Shown: positions 1-10,581 of the stretch, one piece after another
Layout of the letters: each line of letters starts with the position of its first letter
How positions within the stretch are numbered: the first letter of the stretch is position 1
Source: Bacteroidota bacterium
GTDB taxonomy: Bacteria; Bacteroidota; Ignavibacteria; UBA10030; SZUA-254
DNA length: 64,000 nucleotides
Direction of reading: 5' to 3'
NCBI GenBank assembly: GCA_044449065.1
Contig: JBIOHP010000002.1
Location: 117,462 to 181,461, forward strand
The notes under the pieces: model-generated
Database searches by the model: none
The model's input: only the letters and a program-made list of their open reading frames with translations
What the model was told of the DNA's origin: nothing
Position numbers and translations under genes: made by a program

Positions 1-457
1 GTTTCAGCTCGTTATTAATTTCTTTGATACAATCGCGAAGAACAGGATTCTCAATATCATTGACCATCAAAACGAGAATTTCGTTGTATGGAAGTTTCTG
101 CCTGATGAGATCGGAGCTCACACGAACAAATGATACGATGTCCGTAGCGGGCGGCTTCATTTTTACGCTCGCGAGCAATTTCTTATTCACCCGCAGAACT
201 TTGAAGCCCATCTTCGAAAGAGCATCATGCACTTCCGCCTTTGTGAATGCTCGTTGTTCACCTTTAATCGGCTTCTCCCCGGTTTTTTGAACAGTGTACA
301 TCCATGTGGTCCGGGGAATGACTTTCGTCAGTTTAAACTTTCTTTGAAGCGCGAGTTGTTGAGCTTTTAGTTTCGCTATACGAACATTATCGGCCTCAAT
401 AATTCCCTGAATCGGCTTCCCCCCCGTGGCTATCCCTTCGACTCTAAATTCAGCCAT
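1..457 (-). CDS. pilC: PilC/GspF-family inner-membrane platform protein (type IV pilus / T2SS), N-terminal part; the gene runs off the left edge of the window
   Basis: Minus-strand ATG at 457..455. The translation is MAEFRVEGIATGGKPIQGIIEADNVRIAKLKAQQLALQRKF...KMKPPATDIVSFVRVSSDLIRQ...NPVLRDCIKEINNEL. It matches the N-terminal cytoplasmic domain pattern of PilC/GspF (M-A-x-F-x-Y, GK..KG..EA, then the T2SSF repeat). The ORF track missed it because the frame is open to the window edge. Confidence 0.65.
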   Translation of the reverse strand, partial: MAEFRVEGIATGGKPIQGIIEADNVRIAKLKAQQLALQRKFKLTKVIPRTTWMYTVQKTGEKPIKGEQRAFTKAEVHDALSKMGFKVLRVNKKLLASVKMKPPATDIVSFVRVSSDLIRQKLPYNEILVLMVNDIENPVLRDCIKEINNELK

Positions 458-749
458 GCAGTAAACCCTTCAGATTGTTGTTGCTATAAATTTCAACCAT
501 AGTTCCGCTTTCAATAATGCCAGTATGATATCCGCGCGTCATGAAGAATGTTTGACTTTTATAAATTGTGAATAATAGTTACATTGCACTCACAATTTAG
601 GTACTCAATGCTTAATAAACAAGACCCGTTTTGATCTCTATCAAAACCGACGTGAGGTGGATCACATGAATGAACCGGGGGATATCTTCGAAAAAACGCA
701 GTACGTATATTGAAACTGGATAGGAACTGAGAAAAGGCTTACAGGGACC

Positions 750-1136
750 TTATTGGAACTGACCGGTGTATATAAATAAAGATAATTGACCCCGGGAATC
801 GAGAGTGGCGGAAATAGTCCCAAATCCATCCTTTGAAGTGGAAAGAAATGTGATCGTTGATCCATTTCCAGCAATTGTAGCAGTAATATCCCCATGGGGA
901 TTCGTTTGATACGCAGCAGGAACAGTCCATCCGTTGAATGAACCGTTGCCTCCTCCCATGATCTTTGCACGCTGAAAATACGCGAATGCATCCTGCCCCA
1001 CGGTATTTAAATCGCTGATAAGGTCATCTTTATTCGATGCTATCGAAGTCATGTTAAAAATATAAATTCCCGTCGATATTGTGATGGCGACAATTATGAC
1101 GCCAAGGATAATCAAGAGAAGCTGCTGTTGTCCCAT
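750..1136 (-). CDS. Pilin-like small secreted or membrane-anchored protein, paralog A (atypical; no canonical G-FTLIE prepilin motif)
   Basis: 128 aa. N-terminus MGQQQLLLIILGVIIVAI is a hydrophobic helix shared with the two downstream paralogs. Gly/Asn/Thr/Ser-rich C-terminal part. GGAG lies 4 nt before the ATG, and an in-frame stop lies upstream. It sits in a tandem array next to the pilC-like gene. Confidence 0.45.
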   Translation of the reverse strand: MGQQQLLLIILGVIIVAITISTGIYIFNMTSIASNKDDLISDLNTVGQDAFAYFQRAKIMGGGNGSFNGWTVPAAYQTNPHGDITATIAGNGSTITFLSTSKDGFGTISATLDSRGQLSLFIYTGQFQ

Positions 1137-1250
1137 AAATCTTCTCCGTTAACAAATAAACATTTCAAAATAAAAAATGCATTGCCCTCGGCGGTTGATT
1201 TGCGTTGGGCAATGCATGTGCATAATCCTTATAAAAGTCCGAATTAACCT

Positions 1251-1640
1251 TTAAAATCCGGTACTTGCGGGTGCGGACGCGTTACCATTACCATCGTAAG
1301 TGACAGTTACGGAAGCTCCATTAACCTGCTTCGAGGTAGCCGTTAGCACAAGCTGAGTTGCAGTTTGTGTGGTTACAGTGTACGTGGCATTGGGATTGCC
1401 GGTGCCCCATGCGCCGGTCGTATTAATCGTATATCCTGCGTAGGTGCCATTACCGCCGCCCATGCTGGTGGGACGGATTTTGAATTGGTACGCATCTGCA
1501 CCCAGAGTTGATAAATCAGTGATTATAGCATCGCGATTTGATGCAATGCTTTGACCGCTGAACATCGAAATACCGACAGCGATTGCGACGCCGACAATGA
1601 TGACGCCAAGGATGATGAGGAGGAGTTGTTGCTGACCCAT
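1251..1640 (-). CDS. Pilin-like small protein, paralog B
   Basis: 129 aa. Same MGQQQLLLIILGVIIVGVAIAVGISMF N-terminus. About 96% identical to paralog C, differing at only about five positions. In-frame TAG six codons upstream of the ATG. Confidence 0.45.
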   Translation of the reverse strand: MGQQQLLLIILGVIIVGVAIAVGISMFSGQSIASNRDAIITDLSTLGADAYQFKIRPTSMGGGNGTYAGYTINTTGAWGTGNPNATYTVTTQTATQLVLTATSKQVNGASVTVTYDGNGNASAPASTGF

Positions 1641-1722
1641 ATTAGTTCCCTTCTATTTTTTAAAGTTTGTGAATTATGTTTATTAGTTCTTTGAGTATTA
1701 TGATAACCTGCTTATTTTAGTT

Positions 1723-2112
1723 TTAAAAACCTGTCGTAACCGGCGCTGACGCTTTTCCATTTCCATCATACGTCACTGTTACCGATGCGCCATTGACCTG
1801 CTTTGACGTTGCTGTTAACACAAGCTGTGTAGCAGTCTGTGTCGTTACGGTATAGGTAGCATTTGGATTTCCAGTGCCCCAAGCGCCATTCGTATTGATC
1901 GTATAGCCCGCGAAGGTACCATTACCGCCGCCCATGCTGGTGGGACGAATCTTGAACTGGTACGCATCTGCGCCAAGTGTGGATAAATCTGTTATGATAG
2001 CATCTCTATTTGACGCAATACTCTGACCGCTGAACATTGAAATACCGACTGCAATAGCGACACCCACTATGATGACGCCGAGGATGATGAGAAGAAGTTG
2101 CTGCTGACCCAT
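1723..2112 (-). CDS. Pilin-like small protein, paralog C
   Basis: 129 aa, near-identical to paralog B. Tandem duplication. Confidence 0.45.
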   Translation of the reverse strand: MGQQQLLLIILGVIIVGVAIAVGISMFSGQSIASNRDAIITDLSTLGADAYQFKIRPTSMGGGNGTFAGYTINTNGAWGTGNPNATYTVTTQTATQLVLTATSKQVNGASVTVTYDGNGKASAPVTTGF

Positions 2113-2496
2113 AATATGACTCCTTTATATTATTTTTAAAATTTATGAATTGATAATCCGAACACAAAGATTTTTCATGACTAATTCTATCGTTGCAATG
2201 TTCGTACCAATCTATTAGAATCTTTTAAAAACTTAGTATCGTCCAAATATTCACCATTTTCAGCGAATTATTAAAGTTAAAAATCTTATTGGAAATACTC
2301 ATCGGTAAATATTACGTATAATAAGGAATTTATTACCGAAAAATAACAAATCACCTTAAAACGAGCTGAATTCGTTCATCGGATTTAAGATAATGTGCAT
2401 TAGAAGGGTCGATTGCAGGTATTATTGATTGAATATCTGGAGGTAGATCAGAATTTGATGTGTATACGTTAAAATGTAAATTTGTCGAATTAATTC

Positions 2497-3210
2497 TTAT
2501 GGGTAGTACCGGGGAATAGTTGCGTAACTAATAGGGTCTTCGATTCCAGCCATCTGGAAACCCCGTAGCCGCAGCGCACAGCTATCGCATATGCCGCATG
2601 CTTTCTCTTCCCCCTGATAACATGACCACGTGAGATGGAAGGGAGCTTTGAGTTCGATCCCGCGCTTTACAATTTCAAATTTTTTCATATGAATAACAGG
2701 CGTTAGAATTGAGATGTGTGTTCCGGGTTTTGTTCCTAAAGAAATCACTCGGTTGAAGGCGTCATAAAACTCACGGCGGCAATCCGGGTAACCTGATGAG
2801 TCCTCTTCGACCGCGCCGATAAAAATTTTTTTCGCGTTCAATATTTCTCCCCAACTCACGCCGATAGAAAGAAGATGTGCATTCCGAAAAGGAACGTATG
2901 ATGTAGGAATTTCAATTCTATGGAGATCCGCTTTTTGAACCCCCATTGTATAATCGGTCAAGCTTGACCCACCGATTTGTTTTAAATGTTCGATGCTCAC
3001 ACTCATGCGCTTCTGGACGCGATAATGATCGGCAATTTCATTAAACGCCCGTTGTTCCCTATTTTCCGTACGCTGACCATAATTCAAATGAAGAAATGCC
3101 AATTCATACTCAAGATTTGCAATAGCGGCAGTTACGCAGCTATCCATCCCACCGCTCATTAATACGACCGCAATTTCTTTTTTTTGCTGGCTCTTCATAA
3201 CAATGTTCAA
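2497..3210 (-). CDS. queC: 7-cyano-7-deazaguanine synthase QueC
   Basis: SGGMDS PP-loop motif and C-terminal CGxCxxC zinc motif (CGICDSC). 4-bp ATGA overlap with queE. Confidence 0.9.
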   Translation of the reverse strand: MNIVMKSQQKKEIAVVLMSGGMDSCVTAAIANLEYELAFLHLNYGQRTENREQRAFNEIADHYRVQKRMSVSIEHLKQIGGSSLTDYTMGVQKADLHRIEIPTSYVPFRNAHLLSIGVSWGEILNAKKIFIGAVEEDSSGYPDCRREFYDAFNRVISLGTKPGTHISILTPVIHMKKFEIVKRGIELKAPFHLTWSCYQGEEKACGICDSCALRLRGFQMAGIEDPISYATIPRYYP

Positions 3211-3878
3211 ACGCCCCTCGTCGAAGGATGCCAGATAAATTTGTGTATTTGAAGTTGAAATCGTGCGTCCAACTTATCCGAGAGAATCCATTCTGCCAAC
3301 CGGATGGGTTCCAATTCGCCGAATACAACCGACATGAGCACAGAACTCTTTTCTAATAGCCGATGTTCAGCAATTTTCTCTTTTGCCCAATCATAATCTT
3401 CGCGGGTTCCGATCACAAATTTTACCTCGTCATCACGGGCAAGATAGCGAACGTTTTCCCACAAATTTTTTTTAACCATTTTACTCGAAGGACATTTGAA
3501 ATCGATTATTTTTTTCACCCTTGGATCGACTTTCTCAATCGATAAACTGCCGCCGGTTTCCAGGAGAACTTCATAACCCTCATCGCAAAGCCGCCTCATC
3601 AACGAATGGACATTCGATTGGAAGAGAGGTTCACCGCCAGTCACCTCCACGAGCCGGCATCCGTATTCCTGAACAACGGATAGAATTTGCGAGATATTCA
3701 ATTCTTCCCCTTCATCAAAGGCATATTGGGTATCGCAGTAACTACAACGGATATTACAATAGGATAAGCGGATGAAGACGCACCTACGACCGGCGAAACT
3801 CGATTCACCCTGTACACTGTGAAAAATCTCATTTATTATTAGAGATTCCCCTGTATTTTTTATATCTTTGGTATCCAT
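3207..3878 (-). CDS. queE: 7-carboxy-7-deazaguanine synthase QueE (radical SAM)
   Basis: CNIRCSYC radical-SAM cysteine motif and QGES motif. Operon partner of queC. Confidence 0.85.
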   Translation of the reverse strand: MDTKDIKNTGESLIINEIFHSVQGESSFAGRRCVFIRLSYCNIRCSYCDTQYAFDEGEELNISQILSVVQEYGCRLVEVTGGEPLFQSNVHSLMRRLCDEGYEVLLETGGSLSIEKVDPRVKKIIDFKCPSSKMVKKNLWENVRYLARDDEVKFVIGTREDYDWAKEKIAEHRLLEKSSVLMSVVFGELEPIRLAEWILSDKLDARFQLQIHKFIWHPSTRGV

Positions 3879-4066
3879 GATTGCTCTAGAAAAATATCAT
3901 AAATAGAGCAGTGAAACGCAAACAATCGATCTGCAAAAGCCAATATTATATACTCCGGTTAATTGGTTTCGATGGCATTTCTATCATCAAGTGAGATCCA
4001 AGGCATCATGAGAATGCTATTTATGCTATTAATAGATACGCCCGCTTTATCTAAATTTTTGCCAAT

Positions 4067-5920
4067 ATGAAACGTTTAATAATATTCAAAGCCCTCATAT
4101 CGCTGGTTTTTACAGTATTGTTTTTTATGTTTTGGCCCACCAATTTGGTATGGGATGACGCCGGAATAATATTGAAGTACATGGACAATTTTAGGAACGG
4201 TTACTTCTATTCTTACAATCCTTCCGATGGTCCGGTATTTGGAATTTCAAGTTTTACCCACGGTCTCTTATCAGGATTTTTTGCCTTCACTCATATTTTT
4301 TCTCCTTTAAATAGTTTATTTGCGAGCAATTTCATCGGCTTGTTTTTCGTCTCTTTCCTCTCGCTCCATTTGATATCCCGGTATGAATATAATTTTTCAG
4401 TAATCTGGTTTGCATGGCTTCTATTAATGTGTTCGTCGCAGGATTTTGTCTGCAATATTAAACAGGGAATGGAGATTCCGCTGTACCTTGCAATACTCCT
4501 GGGATGTTTTCACTTCTATCTGAAAAACGACGTGAGATGGATGTTCGCGTTCTTCTCCCTGGCAATTATTACAAAACTCGACTCTGTGCCAATTATCGGC
4601 ATGCTATTCCTCGGCTTTGTCTATAATAACCGTCAATCGCTGAAACCTTTTACATTTGCCAATAAATTATATCAACAAATTTTATTGTACGGCATCTTGC
4701 CCCTGACTGGATGGATAGTATTCAGTTTTCTGGTTTTTCGGGGACCTCTGCCGCAGGCGGCGCTCGCCAAAATGTATTATCATATGCATTCATCCGGAAG
4801 CTGGTTTCCTTTCCTGCAGCCGCTTATGGAAGGCGTAGTTCATCAAATCATTATTCTGGGAGTCGCAATTGTATTTTTTGGATACGCTCTCTATTGTATT
4901 TACACGAAACGATTCAGCGAGATATCGACAACCCTGATCTTTGGTTTAGCGGCGACGGCGTATTTACTCCTCTATTACTTTTATAACCCGGGAGAAAGAA
5001 TGGGATGGTATTATGCTATCCCGGAATTCCTCATGAGCTTACAAATGATCGTCATAGCGATCAGACTCGCTCACACCTTCATGATTCGCTGGAAACGCTC
5101 TGCGCTCATCATTATATTCATGGCTCTCCTTATCATCAGTTCTGCCGTCGTCAATAAATTTATCCAGAGAACGCTAAATTATTTAACGGTCATAGAATCC
5201 CAACGAATTGCCATCGGCGATTGGATTCATGATCATAGTAACCCCAACGATACGCTTATGGCTGGACATGGACATATCGCACGGAATTCAGGTCTGTATA
5301 CCATTGATTTTACCGGCATCAATTCAACAATTGTTACCGATTATAAACTTGATTTCGGAAAACTTGTCAATAATTTTAAACCCAGATGGATCGTGCAAGA
5401 GGGGTTTCTCGATGCTAAGTTGGAAAGGACGGCTGGATATACACTGAGAAATTCGTTCTATAATACTGCCGTTTTGAGTTATCCGCCGGTAAGAGTATAT
5501 GAGAAATTGTCCGGAACTAATTTCACCGCCGAACATCCCATTACACCGGCGATGGTTACTACCAATGGCAAATATGAGATGCGAGCGAATGGATTATTTA
5601 TTATCGATGGGACTAGAATTTCATTCAAAAATATCGATCCTAACATTCATCTGATAAAATTTGAAGTCGGTTTAATCAGAGGGGATATCAACAACACCAT
5701 TAACGCCGAAATAACCGGCATCGATTCTAAAACATTAAAAAACTCATCATTCGAGCTACCGCGTAAAAATTTAGCCAATCCTGCCGATGGATTTAGTGAC
5801 CGATGGGTAATAGATCTTCAACCGGAATGGACCATTAAATCCGTGACACTTTTTACACAAGAATCAGCGGGAAATCCTTCAGAACATTTTATAATCGTTG
5901 ATCCGATCATTACAGAATAA
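4067..5920 (+). CDS. Polytopic integral membrane protein (about 12 TM) with a C-terminal soluble domain; possible GT-C-type glycosyl/polysaccharide-modifying enzyme
   Basis: 617 aa, highly hydrophobic N-terminal two-thirds. It heads the polysaccharide gene cluster. No specific motif recognised. Confidence 0.4.
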   Translation: MKRLIIFKALISLVFTVLFFMFWPTNLVWDDAGIILKYMDNFRNGYFYSYNPSDGPVFGISSFTHGLLSGFFAFTHIFSPLNSLFASNFIGLFFVSFLSLHLISRYEYNFSVIWFAWLLLMCSSQDFVCNIKQGMEIPLYLAILLGCFHFYLKNDVRWMFAFFSLAIITKLDSVPIIGMLFLGFVYNNRQSLKPFTFANKLYQQILLYGILPLTGWIVFSFLVFRGPLPQAALAKMYYHMHSSGSWFPFLQPLMEGVVHQIIILGVAIVFFGYALYCIYTKRFSEISTTLIFGLAATAYLLLYYFYNPGERMGWYYAIPEFLMSLQMIVIAIRLAHTFMIRWKRSALIIIFMALLIISSAVVNKFIQRTLNYLTVIESQRIAIGDWIHDHSNPNDTLMAGHGHIARNSGLYTIDFTGINSTIVTDYKLDFGKLVNNFKPRWIVQEGFLDAKLERTAGYTLRNSFYNTAVLSYPPVRVYEKLSGTNFTAEHPITPAMVTTNGKYEMRANGLFIIDGTRISFKNIDPNIHLIKFEVGLIRGDINNTINAEITGIDSKTLKNSSFELPRKNLANPADGFSDRWVIDLQPEWTIKSVTLFTQESAGNPSEHFIIVDPIITE

Positions 5921-6023
5921 ATTGATAAAGGACGGTTTTATCGTTACATTTAAAATTGTTAGATTTTGATTTTATCAATATATATATAATGGATAATTCA
6001 GAAACTGAAACAACTATAACGCC

Positions 6024-6815
6024 TTGAACACGAAAACTTCAACGATAAAAAAGAAGCCGACGCCGTTTAATCAATACTACAATATCATCCGTGAATTGGC
6101 GATTGCCGATTTTCGCCTCAAATATCATGATTCAGCGCTGGGATACGTCTGGTCCATGTTGAATCCGCTATTGATGTTCGGGGTATATTATTATGTCTTC
6201 ACCACGATTTTCCACAGCACTATTCCATCCTACCCGATCTTTCTCCTGGCAGGAATTATCAGTTACGCATTTTTCCAGGATTGTACGTTTAGCGGAATGG
6301 TTGCGCTCGGCTCAAAAGCCGGAATTATGAAGAAGATTTATTTCCCAAAAACCATTCTCATTTTTGCCGCTTCAACCACTTCAATACTATCATATGTCAT
6401 CAATTTGTTTGTGCTCTTCGCCATAACATTTATCGGGAGAGGATTTACCCCACTTGTGTTTCTTACACCAATCCCGGTTTTCTGTTTGATTTTATTTTCC
6501 ATTGGTATATCATTCATCATGGCGACGATGTATGCGTATTTCCGGGATATGGGACAGATTTGGAATGTGTTAGTCCTGGTAATCTTCTGGCTTAGTCCTG
6601 TTGTGTACAATGTTGACAATCTTCCCCAATCGATTTCCAAATTGGTCTACTTCAATCCCCTGACGAGGATTTTCGTTCTTCTTCGCCACTACCTGCTCTA
6701 CAATTATTTCGATCTACGATTTTTATTGATGACGATTATTTATTCTGTCCTCACCTATCTGATAGGATACGTTATCTTTCGGAAATATCAGGATAGCCTT
6801 GCGGAGTTATTTTAA
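6024..6815 (+). CDS. wzm: ABC-2 type polysaccharide export permease (Wzm/KpsM/TagG-like)
   Basis: 263 aa, 6 TM, typical ABC-2 permease layout. TTG start. The stop overlaps the start of the downstream ATPase (TAAATG). Confidence 0.75.
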   Translation: MNTKTSTIKKKPTPFNQYYNIIRELAIADFRLKYHDSALGYVWSMLNPLLMFGVYYYVFTTIFHSTIPSYPIFLLAGIISYAFFQDCTFSGMVALGSKAGIMKKIYFPKTILIFAASTTSILSYVINLFVLFAITFIGRGFTPLVFLTPIPVFCLILFSIGISFIMATMYAYFRDMGQIWNVLVLVIFWLSPVVYNVDNLPQSISKLVYFNPLTRIFVLLRHYLLYNYFDLRFLLMTIIYSVLTYLIGYVIFRKYQDSLAELF

Positions 6816-7559
6816 ATGATTTCCGTCTCCCACCTCTCGAAAATATTTCGTCTTCCCCATGCCCGGAAAAAAACGTTATTCCACAATCTCACATCCATTA
6901 TGTCGGGTGGATACGAGTATGAACAATTGTTTGCATTAAATGACATTTCGTTTCGGGTAAACCGTGGTGAATTCCTAGGAATTATCGGAAGAAACGGTTC
7001 CGGAAAATCCACACTTCTCAAAGTTATTGCGAGAATCTATCAACCGACAAGCGGCGAGGTCCTCGTTGAGGACGATGTTTTTCCAATTCTTGAGCTTGGG
7101 GTGGGTTTCCAGCGCGATTTTACGGTCCATGATAACATCTTTCTTTACGGCTCGCTGATCGGATTCTCACGCAAACAGATGAATCAAAAAAGCAAAGAAA
7201 TACTTGAATTTGCAGAGTTGACAAGGTTTGCCGATTCAAAATTAGAGAAACTCTCATCAGGCATGCAAATGCGGTTGGGTTTCGCAATTGCCATCCAATC
7301 AGTCGCACCTATCATGCTTGTCGATGAAGTTCTGGCTGTGGGGGATAAAATTTTCATTGAGAAATGTAAGAAGACCTTTTGGCAATTGAAAAAATCGGGC
7401 ACCACCATCATATTGGTAAGCCACGATAACGAGGCAATCAGGGAATTCTGCGATCGTGTGTTGGTATTAAATGAAGGGAAATTAGTGTACGATGGGAAGA
7501 CAGCCGATTCGATTGAATATTATGATCGAAACATTCTCGGCGTTTCCCAACCTTCCTGA
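6816..7559 (+). CDS. wzt: ABC transporter ATP-binding protein for polysaccharide export (Wzt/KpsT/TagH-like), nucleotide-binding domain only
   Basis: Walker A GRNGSGKST, ABC signature LSSGMQMRL, Walker B LVDE. 247 aa, so no C-terminal carbohydrate-binding extension. Confidence 0.85.
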   Translation: MISVSHLSKIFRLPHARKKTLFHNLTSIMSGGYEYEQLFALNDISFRVNRGEFLGIIGRNGSGKSTLLKVIARIYQPTSGEVLVEDDVFPILELGVGFQRDFTVHDNIFLYGSLIGFSRKQMNQKSKEILEFAELTRFADSKLEKLSSGMQMRLGFAIAIQSVAPIMLVDEVLAVGDKIFIEKCKKTFWQLKKSGTTIILVSHDNEAIREFCDRVLVLNEGKLVYDGKTADSIEYYDRNILGVSQPS

Positions 7560-7568
7560 ATAATATTT

Positions 7569-8597
7569 CTACCTCAACTCCGATTCCTTCCGGCTAAATC
7601 CTTTTAATATCCCCGCTACACTCCCCACAAAACAAACCAGGTGATCTACCAATAAAAATGGCGTCATCACGATCATGGCAAAAAGACCGCGCACCTGCTC
7701 GAGGTAATTAAGAAAACGGATGTTGAGAAGAATATACACGCCCATCAACGGGAGAAGATACTCATACGATATGAATCCTAACACTGCAGAAATCAGAGCG
7801 ACGAACAGCAAGACGACAAAGAGCGTTGAGATGACAAATGAAGGATAGACATTCACAAAACCCCGTTTAACCGATCCACGAGTTTCTCCTAACTGAGTTG
7901 CTAATTCGGCAAACCCCTCGCTTCGGTGATATTCATTCCGGATGAACGATGCAAGGGTATATCGTTTAAGGTGTTCAACTTCGATATCCATATTTAAGTG
8001 GATGTTGAGTTTTGCTTTTGAAAATCTCTTCCCCAGCTCAATATCGTCGTGACCATGAACGGCGAGCAGTTCGACATTGAATCCACCTAACTGCTGGAAC
8101 GCAGCGCGTTTTATCCCTGATATTGCTCCGAACAGCCAATCGATTTCCGGCAAGCTTTTAATGTATGAATACCGCACCCACAGATTTTTATACTGGCTGA
8201 CGAGATTTTCATGCCGGTGTTGCGCTGTGTATATTCCCACCACCGCATCGAGCCCTTCTTCGCTCAACGATTCAACAATGCCTAAAATAGTTTCGCGGCG
8301 AATGACAATATCGGAATCAATGAAGATGAAAATATCACCTTGTGCATGGCTCGCGCCAAAATTTCGCGCATTATTAGCGCCTTTCCCTTCACCGACTTCC
8401 AGCAGGTTTATCTCAAATTGCCGCGCAATCTCCCTGGTTGAATCGGTTGAATGATCATCAACCACGATAACTTCTATGTTCTTGTAATAGGATCGCTTGA
8501 TCGAAACCAGGCAGGTCTGAATAGTTGCCGCGCCATTCCTTACGGGAATGATCACCGAAACGAGTGGACTATATTCAGACGTGAAGCTTAACGCCAT
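7569..8597 (-). CDS. Glycosyltransferase family 2 with C-terminal TM helices
   Basis: VSVIIPVRNGAATI...VVDDHSTD GT-A N-terminus with a DxD-like motif. Hydrophobic C-terminus. Confidence 0.8.
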   Translation of the reverse strand: MALSFTSEYSPLVSVIIPVRNGAATIQTCLVSIKRSYYKNIEVIVVDDHSTDSTREIARQFEINLLEVGEGKGANNARNFGASHAQGDIFIFIDSDIVIRRETILGIVESLSEEGLDAVVGIYTAQHRHENLVSQYKNLWVRYSYIKSLPEIDWLFGAISGIKRAAFQQLGGFNVELLAVHGHDDIELGKRFSKAKLNIHLNMDIEVEHLKRYTLASFIRNEYHRSEGFAELATQLGETRGSVKRGFVNVYPSFVISTLFVVLLFVALISAVLGFISYEYLLPLMGVYILLNIRFLNYLEQVRGLFAMIVMTPFLLVDHLVCFVGSVAGILKGFSRKESELR

Positions 8598-8636
8598 CTA
8601 GTGTTCAAGAAAAATAATGTATCGGATCGGAAACCA

Positions 8637-9515
8637 TTATTTCAATAACCGAAGGAGGTATTCGCCATAATTATTCTTACTCATCGTTTCGGCAATCGTT
8701 CGCAACCTAGCGGCATCGATATAGCGCTGGGTAAAAGCGATTTCTTCTATGCAGGCGATTTTTAATCCCTGGCGTTTTTCCATCATTGCAATAAATTCAC
8801 CCGCCTCGAGGAGACTATCATACGTGCCGGTATCTAACCACGCATATCCCCTGCCGAGAAGTTCAATCTGGAGCATGGCGCGTTTTAGATACATGTTATT
8901 AACATCTGTAATCTCCAATTCTCCGCGCCCCGAGGGTTTGATCTGTTTGGCAATTTCCACTACACGATTATCGTAAAAATAGAGACCGGTCACGGCATAG
9001 TTTGATTTGGGAGATTTTGGTTTCTCTTCAATGGACGAAACACCCCCTTTGTCATCAAAGCCGATAATACCGTAGCGATGCGGATCGTTTACGTAATATC
9101 CAAAAACCGTAGCCCCGCCTTTTGTTTCAATAAAATGCACCGTTCTACGGAGGCGTTCGGTGAGTCCGTCGCCGTAAAAAATATTATCTCCGAGAATAAG
9201 ACAAACATTGTCCTTACCAATAAACCGTTCGCCGATCAGAAACGATTGAGCGAGCCCTTCGGGTTTTGGCTGCGCAGCATAACTAAAATGGAGGCCAAGG
9301 TTTGAACCATCGCCGAATAAATCCTGAAATTTTGGTAACTCATCCGGCGTCGAGATTATCAGAATATCCCGGATTTCTGCCAGCATCAGCACCGATAAAG
9401 GATAATAGATCATCGGTTTATCGTAGATCGGGAGGAGCTGTTTACATACCGAAAGTGTGAGTGGATATAACCGGGTGCCTGTTCCGCCTGCTAATATGAT
9501 GCCCTTCATTGCCAT
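8637..9515 (-). CDS. rfbA: Glucose-1-phosphate thymidylyltransferase
   Basis: [19 protein letters not shown]-terminus and overall RmlA pattern. Confidence 0.85.
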   Translation of the reverse strand: MAMKGIILAGGTGTRLYPLTLSVCKQLLPIYDKPMIYYPLSVLMLAEIRDILIISTPDELPKFQDLFGDGSNLGLHFSYAAQPKPEGLAQSFLIGERFIGKDNVCLILGDNIFYGDGLTERLRRTVHFIETKGGATVFGYYVNDPHRYGIIGFDDKGGVSSIEEKPKSPKSNYAVTGLYFYDNRVVEIAKQIKPSGRGELEITDVNNMYLKRAMLQIELLGRGYAWLDTGTYDSLLEAGEFIAMMEKRQGLKIACIEEIAFTQRYIDAARLRTIAETMSKNNYGEYLLRLLK

Positions 9516-9549
9516 AGCTTGTAATTACAGGTAAATGATTGTCTGATGA

Positions 9550-10497
9550 TTAACCAAGTGTTTTGCGATGCTCAACATACCATTGGATTGTTTTTTTAAG
9601 TCCTTCTTCAAAACCGGTTTTTGATCGAAAACCGAATTCTTTTTCCGCACGCTGGGTGTCAAGGCAACGGCGCGGCTGACCGTTTGGTTTTGATTTATCC
9701 CAGGTTATCTTCCCCGCGAAACCGGTATGGCGGGCGATAATAGAAACAAGATCAACTATGGATATTTCACTTCCACTTCCAAGATTGACCGGTTCTGATG
9801 AATTGAATCGCTCGGCAGCCAGCGTGATACCATCTGCAGCATCCTCCGCGTACAAGAATTCGCGGGTTGGCGAGCCATCTCCCCAAACAACAATTTCACT
9901 ATCCCCCTTCTCCCGCGCTTCGACGCATTTTTTAATCAAAGCGGGAATCACATGCGATGACTTGGGATTGAAATTATCTCTGGGTCCGTACAGATTCACA
10001 GGCAATAAATAAATTGAATTATATCCGTATTGCTGACGGTATGCCTGCGATTGCACCAGCATCATTTTTTTTGCTAAGCCATACGGGGCATTTGTTTCTT
10101 CCGGATAGCCGTTCCAGAGGTTTTCTTCCTTAAACGGGATGGGGCAGAATTTCGGATATGCGCAGATGGTGCCAATGGCAACAAATTTGGGGATTCCCAT
10201 CAACCGGGCATGTTCAAGAAGCTGAATCCCCATGAGAGCGTTATCGTAAAAGAATGTGCCGGGGTTTTCGCGGTTGGCGCCAATGCCGCCGACTACCGAG
10301 GCGAGGTGAATCACCATATCGGCTTTTGATTTTTCATAGAGCGCTTTTATAACGCTTTGTTCACGCAAATCGTACTCTCTTTTCCGGGGAACAATGATGT
10401 TTTTGCATCCCAGCGACTGAAGTTTAGCGAGAACGTAACTGCCGAGGAAACCCCCGCCGCCGGTTACGATGACTGTTTTTGAATTCCAGAATGACAT
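9550..10497 (-). CDS. fcl: GDP-L-fucose synthase (GDP-4-keto-6-deoxymannose 3,5-epimerase/4-reductase) family
   Basis: GxxGxxG at the N-terminus, YxxxK, and close similarity to Fcl over SHVIPALI...[13 protein letters not shown]. Confidence 0.75.
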   Translation of the reverse strand: MSFWNSKTVIVTGGGGFLGSYVLAKLQSLGCKNIIVPRKREYDLREQSVIKALYEKSKADMVIHLASVVGGIGANRENPGTFFYDNALMGIQLLEHARLMGIPKFVAIGTICAYPKFCPIPFKEENLWNGYPEETNAPYGLAKKMMLVQSQAYRQQYGYNSIYLLPVNLYGPRDNFNPKSSHVIPALIKKCVEAREKGDSEIVVWGDGSPTREFLYAEDAADGITLAAERFNSSEPVNLGSGSEISIVDLVSIIARHTGFAGKITWDKSKPNGQPRRCLDTQRAEKEFGFRSKTGFEEGLKKTIQWYVEHRKTLG

Positions 10498-10581
10498 TAG
10501 TTCAATCCCTTAAGAGTTCGAATTCAGAATTATTGATTCGTTTAAACAATTTTTACTTTCCATGCCGTTTTCCAACAATAC

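Noticed and set aside
662-991. ORF-track ORFs 662..991 and 739..930 on the minus strand
   Set aside because: They overlap the pilin-like gene 750..1136 on the same strand in other frames, with low-complexity translations. They are frame shadows of the real gene.
3879-3905. Possible preQ1 riboswitch upstream of queE
   Set aside because: A 6-bp hairpin GCTCTA-n15-TAGAGC lies just before the ATG on the minus strand, but its loop lacks the conserved preQ1-I elements (CUAGCUA loop, A-rich tail with CUAA). A riboswitch call is not supported.
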